A stretch of 64,000 bases of DNA from Paecilomyces variotii (lineage: Eukaryota). The notes under the pieces are model-generated. The model was not told where the DNA came from. It ran no database searches and worked only from the letters and a program-made list of their open reading frames with translations. The stretch lies in the NCBI GenBank assembly GCA_004022145.1, contig RCNU01000002.1. One strand, 5' to 3'. Below, in pieces: positions 11,341 through 23,300 of the stretch. The stretch's first letter is position 1. Each line of letters starts with the position of its first letter. The translations under genes were made by a program, and so were the position numbers.

Positions 11341-12691
11341 ATGTTGTTCCAGCGCCTCTCGGCGTGTCTATGGACCGCTTTGGCGGTCGTCGGTGCCGCA
11401 AATGCTTATGAGGGGGATCCGGATGTTAGGAGTATTCCTGTGAGTTTTTCCTGGGTCCATTGGTGTATTAATGTGCTTGTTGAGGAAGCTTGCTAACGCC
11501 CTTATGTTGGGAAACATCTAGCTCCGGACTCATAGTCTTGCACCGGTATGAATTGACAAGCGCCCCCATTCGTGTTTCAACGTCGTGTTGGACGCAATCG
11601 TGATCTAATTGGTTCCTCGTATATAGCCATATCTGGATTCCGACATGCAGAGCCGGTGGTTCGATTTCGGTGGAGATACTATCATTCGCGCGGACAAGTA
11701 TGAAGCTGCTCATTTCGCGGGCTAGGGATGATGGTTTGCTGAAATGAATTTGCTTGTTAGGTATATCCGTCTGACGTCCGACAAGCCTTCTCAGCAAGGA
11801 TGGCTATTCTCTCGTGTGCCTCTCACGGCGACGAATTGGGAGGTTAGTGCTCTATCATGTTGCCCGTCTTTGACGGGAGCTATGTATACTTTTTGGATAG
11901 GGATTCGGGGTGATTGACAGGTCTAGTAGATCGAGGTCGAGTTTAAGATTCACGGTTCCGGAAACCTCCACGGGGATGGCTTCGCGTTGTGGCTCACCAA
12001 GCAGCGCGCAACGCAGGGCCCTGTCTTTGGATCGACGGATCGATTCGAGGGTCTGGGTATCTTCTTTGACACTTACAAGAACAATCGCCCCGGTGTCACT
12101 TTCCCCTACGTTATGGCTATGATGGGTGATGGGCAGACGACGTATGATCAGTCTCACGACGGCAAAGCGAATGAATTGGCTGGCTGTTCGGTACGGATTC
12201 ATGGTTGTCTTTTTTTGGATGTAGCAGCAGACGAACTAACAATCTTCCAGGCCCGTGGCATCCGTGACGCTGCGATTCCCACCAAGGCTCGTCTTACCTA
12301 CTTCCAAGACAAGTCCCTGACCCTCGATCTGCAGTACAAATCGGATCATTCATGGACCAACTGCTTCACTCTGACGGCTCCGGAATACAACATCGCTATC
12401 CCTGCCGTCTCCTATCTCGGTCTTTCTGCCGAGACCGGAGAGCTGAGCGATAACCATGACATTATTTCTATCACTTCGAATAACCTCTACAGTGTCTCTG
12501 GCGGCACCAACCGTGGAAGCGGTCCGTCGGCAGGTCGTGGACGACCTGCTGCGGCTACACCTAAGCCGCAGAAGAGCAGCGGCGGCTGGGGTTGGTTCTT
12601 CTTCAAGACGATCCTGTTCTTCGGCGCAATTGTCGGTGGATACTTCGGTTGGACGCTGTACAGGTCGAAGCAGCGTTACTCGAGGTTCTAG
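11341..12691 (+). CDS. L-type (legume-like) lectin cargo receptor, VIP36/ERGIC-53/Emp47 family
   Basis: Signal peptide MLFQRLSACLWTALAVVGAANA. Exons 11341-11439, 11522-11545, 11627-11697, 11761-11842, 11930-12190, 12251-12691. Motifs HGDGFALW, GLGIFFDTYKN, YLGLSAETGELSDNHDII. C-terminal TM helix with short tail KQRYSRF. Confidence 0.92.
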
Positions 12692-13600
12692 AGAACGCAA
12701 GCGCCCTTGTATCTTCAATTTATTTCAGTACCAATTGCATACTGCCGCTGCAGCTTTTATTCCAGCCTTTCCCCGACCTGATCACGAATCAACAGAGCCT
12801 AACCATGTCATATTTCCCTTGCTCGCCTTCGATATCTATCCCAATTGAGTCTCAGCTCCTACTATCGGGCTGAAACAAACAAAACACCCGCCGTGAAAAC
12901 CGTAACGGAAGCAACAAGCAATTCGGCAAACAAACGAACTACAATACAACTCCTCTACTTACTTATCACCTCGACCATCTCTGACCTCTCGGTTTTCTTT
13001 TCCTTATTTCTCGAACTCTCGCTTTCGTCTCTTTTTCTCAACTTTTCCCACGGCGCATCATGCAATGAGGGCCTCCGCAAACCAAACCGTCTACATGTTC
13101 CCTTTTCCTGGTCTTTTTCTCCCTATCTTCTTGCTGTACCTCTGAAATTAACTCTGTTCATCATATGCTGTGTGTTTTTACAATATTGTCGCCCAAGCTG
13201 TCTCGATAGCATCTCCTTATCTATTGTCTTGTGTCTATGTGATGATTAGCGATAGGAGAAAGAAAAAGAAGAAGAAGAAGAGTGTTATCTGATGATTTCT
13301 TGATTCTGTTGCCTAAAATGATGGGATCGGAGTAATGATGAATGGAAGGGGGGGAAAGGAGCAGAAGGGGATGGTAACTGAGATGGAATTTCGGTATAAG
13401 AGATGGAGAAGAACGAAAAGGAACAGCGAAAGAAAAAGTGCCTTTGTAAATCAAACATTGATTGGGTATCAAGATGCCGTGTCTATTCTGCAAGGAAAGA
13501 AAAGTCCATAACGCCGCGTAACGTGCTAATAGTACAGTACAAGATGATTCCGGGAAGAAAATATGGATATGTCGATAAGGTAGTGTAGAAGACATTGAGC

Positions 13601-14776
13601 TCATTTCTCGCCTCTTCTATGACGCTCCTCGCTCCAGAGTCGGTCAATGATCTGGAAGACTTCTGTGACACTTCGCATGACCGATTCGTCGATTCCGAGA
13701 CCGCTGTACCGGTGCTGGATCTTATCCGGATGCCATCTGATACGCTCCGCTTTGAGTGTCGCAAGCAGGTCTGGGGGAGTAGTATTGCCGGACTTAGAGT
13801 CCGGAGAAGGAATTGCAGGAGCATGTCGCATGAATGCTTCAACAGCATCAGAGGAAACATCTCGACGCTTGCCAGATTCCACAGGCCAGAAGAGGAGATT
13901 GCGAAGGTGCTGATTTCTAGGCTTTTCTTCTTCTTCCTTTCCTTCATCCTTGTTCGATGACGACGAAGCCAACGAGTTGAGTTCGTCCCAACTCCGTCGA
14001 TACTCCTCCCACGCAGCCTTCCATGCTTTGACCTTCTTTCTTTCCTGACCCCTTCTCAGACTCTCTTCCATGGCCCTTTCGAACTGCATCCTCTCGGACG
14101 TCTCCCGTCGTCTTCTGTCGTCACGTTCTTTCGCCCTCGCACGTTCTTCGCGCAGTCTTTCCCTCTCTTCCATGATCCCCTGATGTGTCTTCTCCCACAT
14201 CTTTGCCCGGACATATGCAGCGTACTCTTCTTCGTCCATCTGTTCCAACTCCCCATCGGGTCCTTTCGGCACAGCTGGGTTCGGATACGTATGGATCGGT
14301 TGGCCGTATACGGATTCCCAGAACGCGGCGCCTTCGTCGTCGCCTAGGGCGTCGAAGAGAGACTCGCGAAACGCCGTATTTGGCGAAAGTGACCGATGAT
14401 GGAGAGAATAAGGAGACGCGGAACGCTCGCTGTCAATCTTTTCGCGCTTGGACGACGCTCGATGGTGGCCATGGTGGTGTCGTCGGCGATGATGACGGTG
14501 CTTGTGATGACGCTCCTCCTCCTCCTCATGATTAGAGGGAGAATCGCGCTTGGAACGTGATTTCGATTTCGATTTAGAGGACTTGAATCGAAACTTGCCG
14601 TGTTGCGAGCGAGAGTATTCGTCTCCGGTTCTGTCTTGTTCTTCTGCATCATGCGATGGAGTAGGTCCGTCGTTGTCGTCTGGCTTCTTGCGTTTGGTGC
14701 CTGTTTGCGCGGCTAGTTGCTCGAGAAGCTTGCGCCGCTCGATATCAGCAGCTTCGGGAGAAATCGTCGTGTCCAT
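13601..14776 (-). CDS. Conserved protein with charged/His-rich N-terminus and C-terminal RWHPDK motif (NFKBIL1-like)
   Basis: Single-exon ORF, first ATG 14776 (MDTTISPE). Motifs AFRESLFDALGDDEGAAFWESVYGQPIH, MDEEEYAAYVRAKMWE and LKAERIRWHPDK. Family assignment is from recollection of the motifs. Confidence 0.75.
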   Translation of the reverse strand: MDTTISPEAADIERRKLLEQLAAQTGTKRKKPDDNDGPTPSHDAEEQDRTGDEYSRSQHGKFRFKSSKSKSKSRSKRDSPSNHEEEEERHHKHRHHRRRHHHGHHRASSKREKIDSERSASPYSLHHRSLSPNTAFRESLFDALGDDEGAAFWESVYGQPIHTYPNPAVPKGPDGELEQMDEEEYAAYVRAKMWEKTHQGIMEERERLREERARAKERDDRRRRETSERMQFERAMEESLRRGQERKKVKAWKAAWEEYRRSWDELNSLASSSSNKDEGKEEEEKPRNQHLRNLLFWPVESGKRRDVSSDAVEAFMRHAPAIPSPDSKSGNTTPPDLLATLKAERIRWHPDKIQHRYSGLGIDESVMRSVTEVFQIIDRLWSEERHRRGEK

Positions 14777-15628
14777 GATGTGGTTTAGTTTCTCTCGCCC
14801 TCCGCGTTCGTCGGGGCAGAGCTCGGATTTATTTGCCTCTTGAATCCGCCATCGAGGTTGTAAGCGCCAGGGAAAGGGAAGGTGCGATCCCCTTGCCTTG
14901 CTAAAGAGTAACAAGCATGGTAGGTATGTAGCTCGTTAGAGAACGAATACGTCTTGTAGTAACGATCCGGGCTTTGGAGGAGAATTATCGAAGCATATCT
15001 AACAATGCTGGGAGGGGACGCAATAGTTAACTAGGTATGTAGTTAGCTTTCTTGCGTCCCGCTGATTAGTCATTTGGAGCTTATCTTAACGTTAACTTGG
15101 TTAAGATGTTTAGTTAACTGAAGTAACTTGACTATCTGATCTTGATCTCTGACCGCAATTTCGCGCGTGATTACATGGTAAATAAAGATAGATAATATAT
15201 GCGAAGATAATCCAAGTGACCTATTATTCACTGTGAGCAGGGGTTTATTACCAATTAAGGAGCCTTTAATCGAGGTACTTAGAACATACTATGTACATCT
15301 CAAAGGCACTCTCAACGCTTCCTTTATAGACATTTCCATCTTAGAATGTTGATAAACAAGTCATTAGTAGTTGACCATACTATTAAGTTTATTTCTCATA
15401 CCGTTCGAGATTCATAGACGAACTACACAGACAAGCATTCGCTAGGTTGAGTTGAACTTGTTGAAGTATGAGCTTAACAATGCCCGCATGTGGTCCGCGC
15501 GTCCTGACCGTGGCGAGAGCGCTAGAGATCTTCGAGTATTATTACCATAGTCTAGATAGTTAACTAGTAACTAACTATTGTTCTTACTTCATCCAAATCC
15601 CCTCCACGACCACATTATAACTCGCAAG
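14777..15628. promoter_or_regulatory. Divergent intergenic/promoter region between the NFKBIL1-like and PRCC-like genes
   Basis: Head-to-head gene orientation, AT-rich core, TAGTTAACTA palindrome at 15024 and 15557. Confidence 0.6.
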
Positions 15629-16897
15629 ATGGCTCTCGTTTCATATTCCGACTCTGAAGGTTCAGACTCGGAGAACGAACAGAAGACCCAGTCTCCAAAG
15701 AAAGAAGTTTCTTCAACAACACCCGCAACCTCAAGTCAATCGAAACCTTCCAAACCCGCCGCACCTGGAGGCTTCCAATCCCTCGTCGACCGCAGTAATC
15801 CGCGCAAACTCCGCGTCGCACTACCGGAAATAAAACCAGAGACATCAACTGCTGATGGAACGGGCGAGGAAGATGGTGGACCGGCTCGAAAGAAAGCTAG
15901 GACAGGTGGTGGAGGGGGCGCATTTTCCGGATTCAACTCATTCCTCCCTGCGCCGAAACGAAGTGCAGCAGCAGCGGATAAGAAGCCCGGGCCTATTTCT
16001 ACGAGGAAGATTTTCAGTTTGAAGACGGGCGCAACGCCGGGATTTGATCGTGCAGCCGATGCGGAGATGCGGCAGGAACAGGCTCTCAGTGCAAGTGCAG
16101 GCGCAGGCGCAGGCGCCGATGATGAGAGTATTCCTACGGCTGGAAGTTTACGTGATGGACCAGTTGAGCCGAAGGAGGAACCTAAGAAGATTGGAAATGC
16201 GATGATGTTCAAGCCGTTGTCGGTGGCTAGGAATGCGCAGAAGAAAAAGACATCGACGGCGGCGTCGAGAGCTACTGGCGGGACGAAGGCGACTACAACG
16301 ACACCCGTTCCTGAGTCAAAGGAACCGCAACCGCCTGCAGTATCTGCACCGGCACCAGTACCACAGAAGCCAAAGGTTAGCCTCTTCTCCATTGCGAGCG
16401 AGGAGAGGACGACAGCACCAGATATAACGGCAGAAAGCGCAGCGACATATCAGCCGTTGGTATACAATACGGATCTCAATGAACCCCCCGCTGGTCCTCA
16501 GCCAGAGCCTTCAGAAGCAGAAAGTCAGCAAATAAGTTATGACCAGACCGCCTCTGCTTCGTCAACGTCACAAACACTGGACGATATCGCAAACGATTTG
16601 AATCTCTCCCGCGCTCAGCGGCGCCAGCTTATGGGTCGACAACCTGCGGCGTCCAAGTCTCGTATTCTCAACTTCAACACAGACGCAGAATATGCTGCCA
16701 ATCAAGCATACCTTGCGCAGGCGTCCGAGGCGGAGCTTGCCGCACAGCAACACAACCCAGTTCGCTCTGTCGCTCCTGGAAAGCATTCGTTGCAGCAACT
16801 TGTTAATGTGGCTAATAGCCAGAAGGAAGCTCTAGAGGAGAGCTTCGCTGCTGGGCGCCGGAACAAGAAAGAGGCTGGCTCCAAGTATGGGTGGTAG
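15629..16897 (+). CDS. PRCC-like protein (mitotic checkpoint regulator / MAD2B-interacting domain)
   Basis: N-terminus MALVSYSDSEGSD and C-terminus GKHSLQQLV..A...LEESFAAGRRNKKEAGSKYGW, typical of the PRCC family. Confidence 0.88.
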   Translation: MALVSYSDSEGSDSENEQKTQSPKKEVSSTTPATSSQSKPSKPAAPGGFQSLVDRSNPRKLRVALPEIKPETSTADGTGEEDGGPARKKARTGGGGGAFSGFNSFLPAPKRSAAAADKKPGPISTRKIFSLKTGATPGFDRAADAEMRQEQALSASAGAGAGADDESIPTAGSLRDGPVEPKEEPKKIGNAMMFKPLSVARNAQKKKTSTAASRATGGTKATTTTPVPESKEPQPPAVSAPAPVPQKPKVSLFSIASEERTTAPDITAESAATYQPLVYNTDLNEPPAGPQPEPSEAESQQISYDQTASASSTSQTLDDIANDLNLSRAQRRQLMGRQPAASKSRILNFNTDAEYAANQAYLAQASEAELAAQQHNPVRSVAPGKHSLQQLVNVANSQKEALEESFAAGRRNKKEAGSKYGW

Positions 16898-17351
16898 ATG
16901 TTGGCGCTTAAACGTTTCGAATGTTTCTAAATGTGTTTGTATATACCCACTATCAACTATTGACTATCATCTGGCAGAGAGCTGTTTCATATTTCAGACT
17001 ATACCATTTATTACCATGTAGAGAGTGAGGATTATGTTACAACACTGCTCGGATGCAAGCATTTCCAATTAACTCATCAGATATCAGCTAGACCAATACG
17101 CAGCAGCATACTGTACATGTGATAACAGGGAGTTTTTAATGCGTAAACTCTAGATTCTTCTATCGTTATCGAATATATAATCATCAGGCTAAATACAGTA
17201 CAATGGCACTTTTCCCTTTCCCTCTGGGTAACTCCAAAAAACCACTAGCCATGTATATGCACGAAAACAAAAAGGAAAGAAGACATGTTAGGTATCATGC
17301 TGACAGACCACAAGACCGATAGACTCCATGCGTATATGCAAAGGATGGTTC

Positions 17352-20300
17352 TTATGACGAGGTATCAACAACTTCTGCGAACCACTGCTTCAACGCCATA
17401 GCCAAAACCGCTGGCAACTCGCGCACGTCACGAACAACCAAGTAATAAGGAAAGGGGAATCCTTCGAGATACTTCTTCATCTTCAACTTCATCTCCCCTG
17501 TGCCACTTTCATCCGGCTCGAAGCTTGCTTCACTTAGATCCAGGATAGAGTTACCCTTGACAGCGTCGACAATGATGAAGACGACCATGATTCGCTCTTC
17601 CTGGGCTTGCCGAACGAGTCGTCGAATGGTGTCGTGGTCCTCACAGATACCGTCTGAGATGATCAGCTCCAATTGCCAAAGGTCTGCATTGCCCCCAGAT
17701 GGGCCACGTTTCGTTCGTGCTTCGCGGAAGAGGGCGACGGAGTCAGCGATCAGCTTTCGAACGTTTGTACCCGTTTGCTGGTAATTGAATTGCTGGAACA
17801 CTTGCATTCCAGCCTCCGAAGAGAATGGCTTGCCGAATTCGTGAGCTACTCTGACATGTTCTTCGTCACCAAACCCAAGAATGCATAGATCGCCAACTTC
17901 AAGCATACTCAAGCTTTTAGCGACCAGGGCAAGAGTCTCGAAGGCCAGCTGTCCGCTTCCACTTTCCAGCATAGACTTGCTATCGTCGACGGCAAGCATG
18001 ATCTGGTAGTTTCTCTTCGAAGGAATCGAGCGCCGCATCCAGATCTTGTCGCGCTTGTACTGAGACGCTATATAAGGAATGATGCGCTTGATATTCAGAC
18101 GTTTGCCAGTGCGGAAATCGCCCCGCAGCTTTGTTGCCAACGTAGGGGCAAGGATAAGACGGAGTTGCTCAGTCAGGGAAAGTGAAAGATTGTTGGTGAT
18201 AGCCTCGTAATGAGACCACAACCGCCTGGCCTCTTCGGGTGATGTCCGTGGAGGAAGGGTGGAAGATAGATGGATCGCAGCCAGTTGGCTATCGACTTCA
18301 TCCAGTTCTTCATTTGCCTCTACTTTACCGGTGCCATCCTGAGACGATTCATGCACGCGAGTATCGGTCGCCATGAATGTACCCGTGGTATGAGCATCTG
18401 CGGAGGACATGTCTCCAACCATTGGAGTATCTTCATCCATCTTGGCGTCCATAGGAAGGTCTTCATCTCCACCAGAGACATCCGGTAGAGTATCATCTCC
18501 GTTAGGCTTCATGTCCTCAGACTCCACCGCATTGGTCTGGTCTAATGCCTTTGCCTGTTCCTCGCTGGCTTGACCTAGAGCCTGGGTATCAGCAACATCC
18601 TCCTGGTCCGCCAAATGCTCAAATTCTGCATCTGCCATATCGGTATCCTGCGGCAGTGCTTGGGACTCTTGGTTTTCTTCGGAGGGGTTCTTGATGTCTT
18701 GCTGCCTTCGGTGCCACTGCTCTAGCATGTCTCCGAGCTTCTTGAACGCCTGTTGCTCAGGACCTTCCATCTTGCCATCGTCGCGGCCACCGGAAGCATC
18801 TCTGGTTGTCTTGCTGTCTTGTCCATCTTCTGCTGCACCATTCTGTTGCTCCGTGTTTTCAGCCGCATCCTTTGAGCCATTTTCTCGTTGCGCATCGCCA
18901 GATGTTCCTTGATCATCATTTTGATCTTCCTCGGCAGCGAGCCCACCGGCAACAGCCTCGCTAGGGGCCACATTCTCACCAGCTGCATCATTCTCGTCGC
19001 GCTGGGCCCTTAAAATATCTTCTTGTTCCTCCTCCTTCGGCTCATCTCCTGTGGTATCTGCTTCTTCTGGCCCTTCAGCTTCGTTATTGTCCTGGCCTTC
19101 TTCACCTTCGTCTTGGCCTATATCGTCGGCCTCTGCCGGCTCTTCTTCAGCATTGTCGTCACCATCCATCTTATCCTCAGGAGCTCCAGATTGCTCTTCA
19201 TCAAGATCGGGGCCCATATCAGAGAGCTCATCCATGCCGTCGTCCATGTCCGACTCACCACCCTCTTTCTCTTCACCATCCAATTGCATCTCTTCTGGTA
19301 GCTCAAGGGCATCTTCTTCCTTGGCGTGGGGATCAGTGACATCCATATCTTCCCTCCCAACAGCCTCCCCTTCATCTTCGGGAGCTTCTTCATCGTCCTC
19401 ACTCTGATCCTCCGTCTGCTCGCCTTGCTCCTTGGCGTCCTTCTCTTGAGCCGCAGTCTGTTCGTCGGGTTGCGTTACTCCTTTACCCTCTTGATTTTCA
19501 CTCTCTTTCTGTTCGTCCTCATGAGCTCCATCCCATAGCTTTTCATCAACGGCGTTAGGATCGAGGTCATCAACACTGCCCACTTCATCATCTATATCGT
19601 TCTCCTCGTCCTCTCCATCAGAAGCACCGTCCTCATTGTCCTCCTTCTCTTCCGTCTGTCCTGTCTCGCCTTCGAGCTCATCCTGGTCCATGTCAACAGC
19701 GTCCTTTGAACTTTCCATCTCCTCTGTCTTATCCTCCTTGTTCTGTTGCTGTGCGAGCTCTGACAAATCTTCATCGTCTTGCACATCTTTACTGATGTCT
19801 TCTGCACCTTCCCCTTCGCCCAAGCCAGTTCCACTTTCCAGATTCCCAGTGTCGCCTTGCTCGTTCGAGGCCTCGGCCGGGCTACAGAAACCCTCAGATG
19901 CGACTTGCGCAAATGATTTCGCAAGAATATAAGACATCTTGCACAGTTCGCGATGTATCGAAACGAATCTGTCGACAAGATCTGCACATATAATGTAGTA
20001 TTGCTTGGCAATGGGGTGCACACTTGCGACAAGAGCAGATGCTACAGAAAGGTCATCATTCCCTTTCTGGAGTCGCTGGATTTCATTGAGAACATGTTCA
20101 AGAGAGGCACCTATATCGGAAAGGTGAGCCTCTTTGATGGCCTTAGAGAAGAGCTCTTCAGACCTAGAAAGCCAATTGCGATCCTCGGTTGAAGCCGGCA
20201 GAGTGCTCAAAGCAGAGCTGACGCGCTGAAGGCCAACAAACATCTTGTCAGCGGTTGAAAGGAGGAGGCCATCAAAATCCGCAAGAGCCATGTCGCTGTT

Positions 20301-23300
20301 CATACTGGCGGCTGTAGTACTGGAACAGTCTACTTCTGTCCAGGAAATCAGCTGCTCCAAAACAAACGATAAGTCAGGTCGCTCATCATTCCATTTAGTC
20401 AGATCTTGTTTCAACTCCCCGATCGATTTGCGCGCCTGACTAAATGTATTGTCATGTGGTGGCGAGGAAAGGCCTGCTGGAAGCTCTGGAAGCTGGTCAA
20501 GCAAGTTTCTTAAATGGTCCACATCGTCTCTCCAAGCACGGAGGCCATCCAAAATCTTCGACGAGTTGCAGCCCGAAAACTTGGAATGAATCTCGACCAC
20601 AACAGAAGCAAGTCCTAGCATTGGCCCCAGCCATCCAACAGTTCGCGTAGCAGAGCCCTTCTCCTCTACCACGGCAGGTTGGATAGCAGACAGCGACTCT
20701 GAACCACAGGTCCAGACGTTATCCATCTTGGCTAATATAGACTCGAGAGATCCCAATTGAGACAGAGCTGGAGAGAGGACATCTCTCTGTTTTCTTAGCA
20801 GGAGCAGGAGCCCTTCGATGGACCCCACGCTTCTGGACACTTCGACGTTGCTGAGCTCCTCAGAGTACTGGTGAGCTGCCTGGCGTACGCGAGGCACAAC
20901 GTCCAAAAACCTATGGAAATAGGAGATCGCATTGGTGACTAAATTTCCTGATGTAGAAGTGGCAATAAGATCAGGAGTTGTCGCGAGGACTTGGGCCACG
21001 GATGCCTGTTCTTCCAGAAGGTTAACGCCCACGTTGCGCCTGATTCCCATGAAGAATAACTGGTGTAGCTTTTCTGCATAGAAGCGGCGTTTCCTTGTCT
21101 TGAGATGTTGGACGTCCTCCTTATTTTCCTCGGTCAGTGTTTTCGGTGTCTGTGATTTGAGCTCCTTCATAGTTTCGATTACGTCGTTCATGAAACTGTG
21201 CAGTTGGTCTGAGACGTCCAAATCAACCATGGCGCTGGAATAAACGCGCAACATGTTACTCGTTGTAGCATCTGGATCTCTGAATCTTAGAGGCCTATCG
21301 CTCCATGAAGCAATCTTCCTTTGACAGACTGCTAGTGCCCCTGAAGACACGGCTGGAGATGACCTTAGGGAGTTTCCGGAAACAACTGTGCCCTCATTAG
21401 ACATTTCAGGCATTCCTTGAGTCAGTACGGTCTCCACCGGCTGCCCAAGCAGACCACGATATTTCTTCACGACCTTAAACAGCTTGTAATGTGAGCGTCG
21501 AGCACTTTCTCGCAGAGCGGCGATATTTGTATCTTTCCAACTGGCGAGCTGAATTTGCTGTTTGATGTCCTTTTCCAAACTCTGTCTTCCATCTGCCAAG
21601 GCCTTTGAGAGGACACTTTCGAAGGGCTTGAAGTGGCAGATGAAGTTGAGAAGGGCTGAACCAAAGCTAGCTAGGACTGGGTATTCGTCCACGTAGGAGA
21701 GCAAGAGAAGTCTGAAATTCTCCACGAGTCGCAGACGCGCACTGTACTGACCCATGGTTGTTGATAAGAAGAATTTCTCGAGCGTTGCAATGACCTCCCT
21801 TGTGTGCTCTGCCAGATTCTCGCCAGCTTGTGCCATTTGAAGAGGAGCTGCGAACAACGTTTCGTATGCTACGAACCACCAAGAGCTGACATCCTGCTCA
21901 CATTTTTCTCTCTCTATGTCGAGCAGCTTTGCCCACGTAGACAGCTCCAAACGGCGCCAACTTATGATTAAGTTCGTCAATTCATCGTAGATTGACGCGG
22001 CCGAGTATTCTCTGCTTGCGACAAGCTGCCACTCATGGACGTATGCATGAAGTTTCTCCACTTTGGTAAGGAACTTTGCAACCGGTTCAGTGTGCCTGAA
22101 CTCAAATATTTCCTTACAACAAGTGATGACGTCCTGAAGGGCTGCATGTTCTGGCCAGGCCATTTGGAGCTGCAGAAATCGTGACTGAATGGACAAGACT
22201 AACGAGACCAGTTTCTTGGCTTCAGCCGAGTTTGAGTCAGTATAGAAATTGTAGTCTGTTGGCGTACAATGTTCGATGCCATCTATGGCATCTTCAAGAA
22301 GAAGGAACGTTCCGGGAAGATGCGACTTCGGCCCAAGGGGTGACACAGATGCCTGAGCAGTCGACCAGATTGATCCGAGTAAACGAGATGAGTCTTTAAC
22401 GAGATCTTTTAGTGCGTCCTTTCTATCTTGACCCCCGAAAAGTCTTGCATGGAGCTTGGCAAGGCGCAATGACACGGACTTTGGATCAATACGAATCTTC
22501 TCTGTGTCTGCTTCATCCGAAGTGCTGTCATAGGTGGGGAAAAGTCGGCGCAGTTCGTCTTCGTCTGCCTGTTCGCTGTCTTCAAGAGAGCCACGATAAC
22601 GATACATCTCGGTTCTCCGTGCTTCCTTCTCCTGGTCTTCTTTCAACTTCTCTTTCCATAGGTCATGGAAATCATCGAATATCCGGCGCAGGTTGTCCCG
22701 GCCGACAGCAGTCCGCAGGACAGAGTAGTCAGTATTCTGAGTAGTGACCAGGATAGATAATTCATGAAACAAAAGCTCGACGACATGGCTGGAATTGCGG
22801 CTTTTGAGATTCCTTGTCCCGCGTGAAAGAGTACGCATCTGACCTCCGAGGAACGGCGTTCTTATACTAATCTCACGCACATTGGTAATCTCAGAGGTGT
22901 CAGGGAGCTGGCTTGATCTGAGAGAAATGCCCAGATCTAGTAAATGGAGGAAGCGAATAACGGGCACGGTGACATCGTCATAGAACCTGAAGTTCGTGCC
23001 GAGCCTCTGAGATATCTGTCGAATATTATCACGGAGTAGGCGCGACTTCTCTTCCGACACGTTGTCCTCCATGGTCCTGAGGAGCACAGAATTTATGAGA
23101 TTCGAGAATTCCCCTTGCAGATGGCTTATTTGTGAGCGTTGTGGCCTAGTAACGGCGGAAGACGGAGGTTCGGAACCTAGTGCTTCCAGTTCATTCTGCA
23201 GCAATTGGTTGCGCAGGTTTGTAGACTCGCCAGAGAATTCACGTTCGTATGCAAATATCGCTTCGGATCGCTTTGTCAGTTCAGAGACGCGCCTGTGGTG

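Noticed and set aside
12845..13604. Hydrophobic ORFs and an apparent CT-rich/GA-rich mirror between the lectin and NFKBIL1-like genes
   Set aside because: Explained by U-rich 3' UTRs of two convergent genes. No true inverted-repeat pairing was found.
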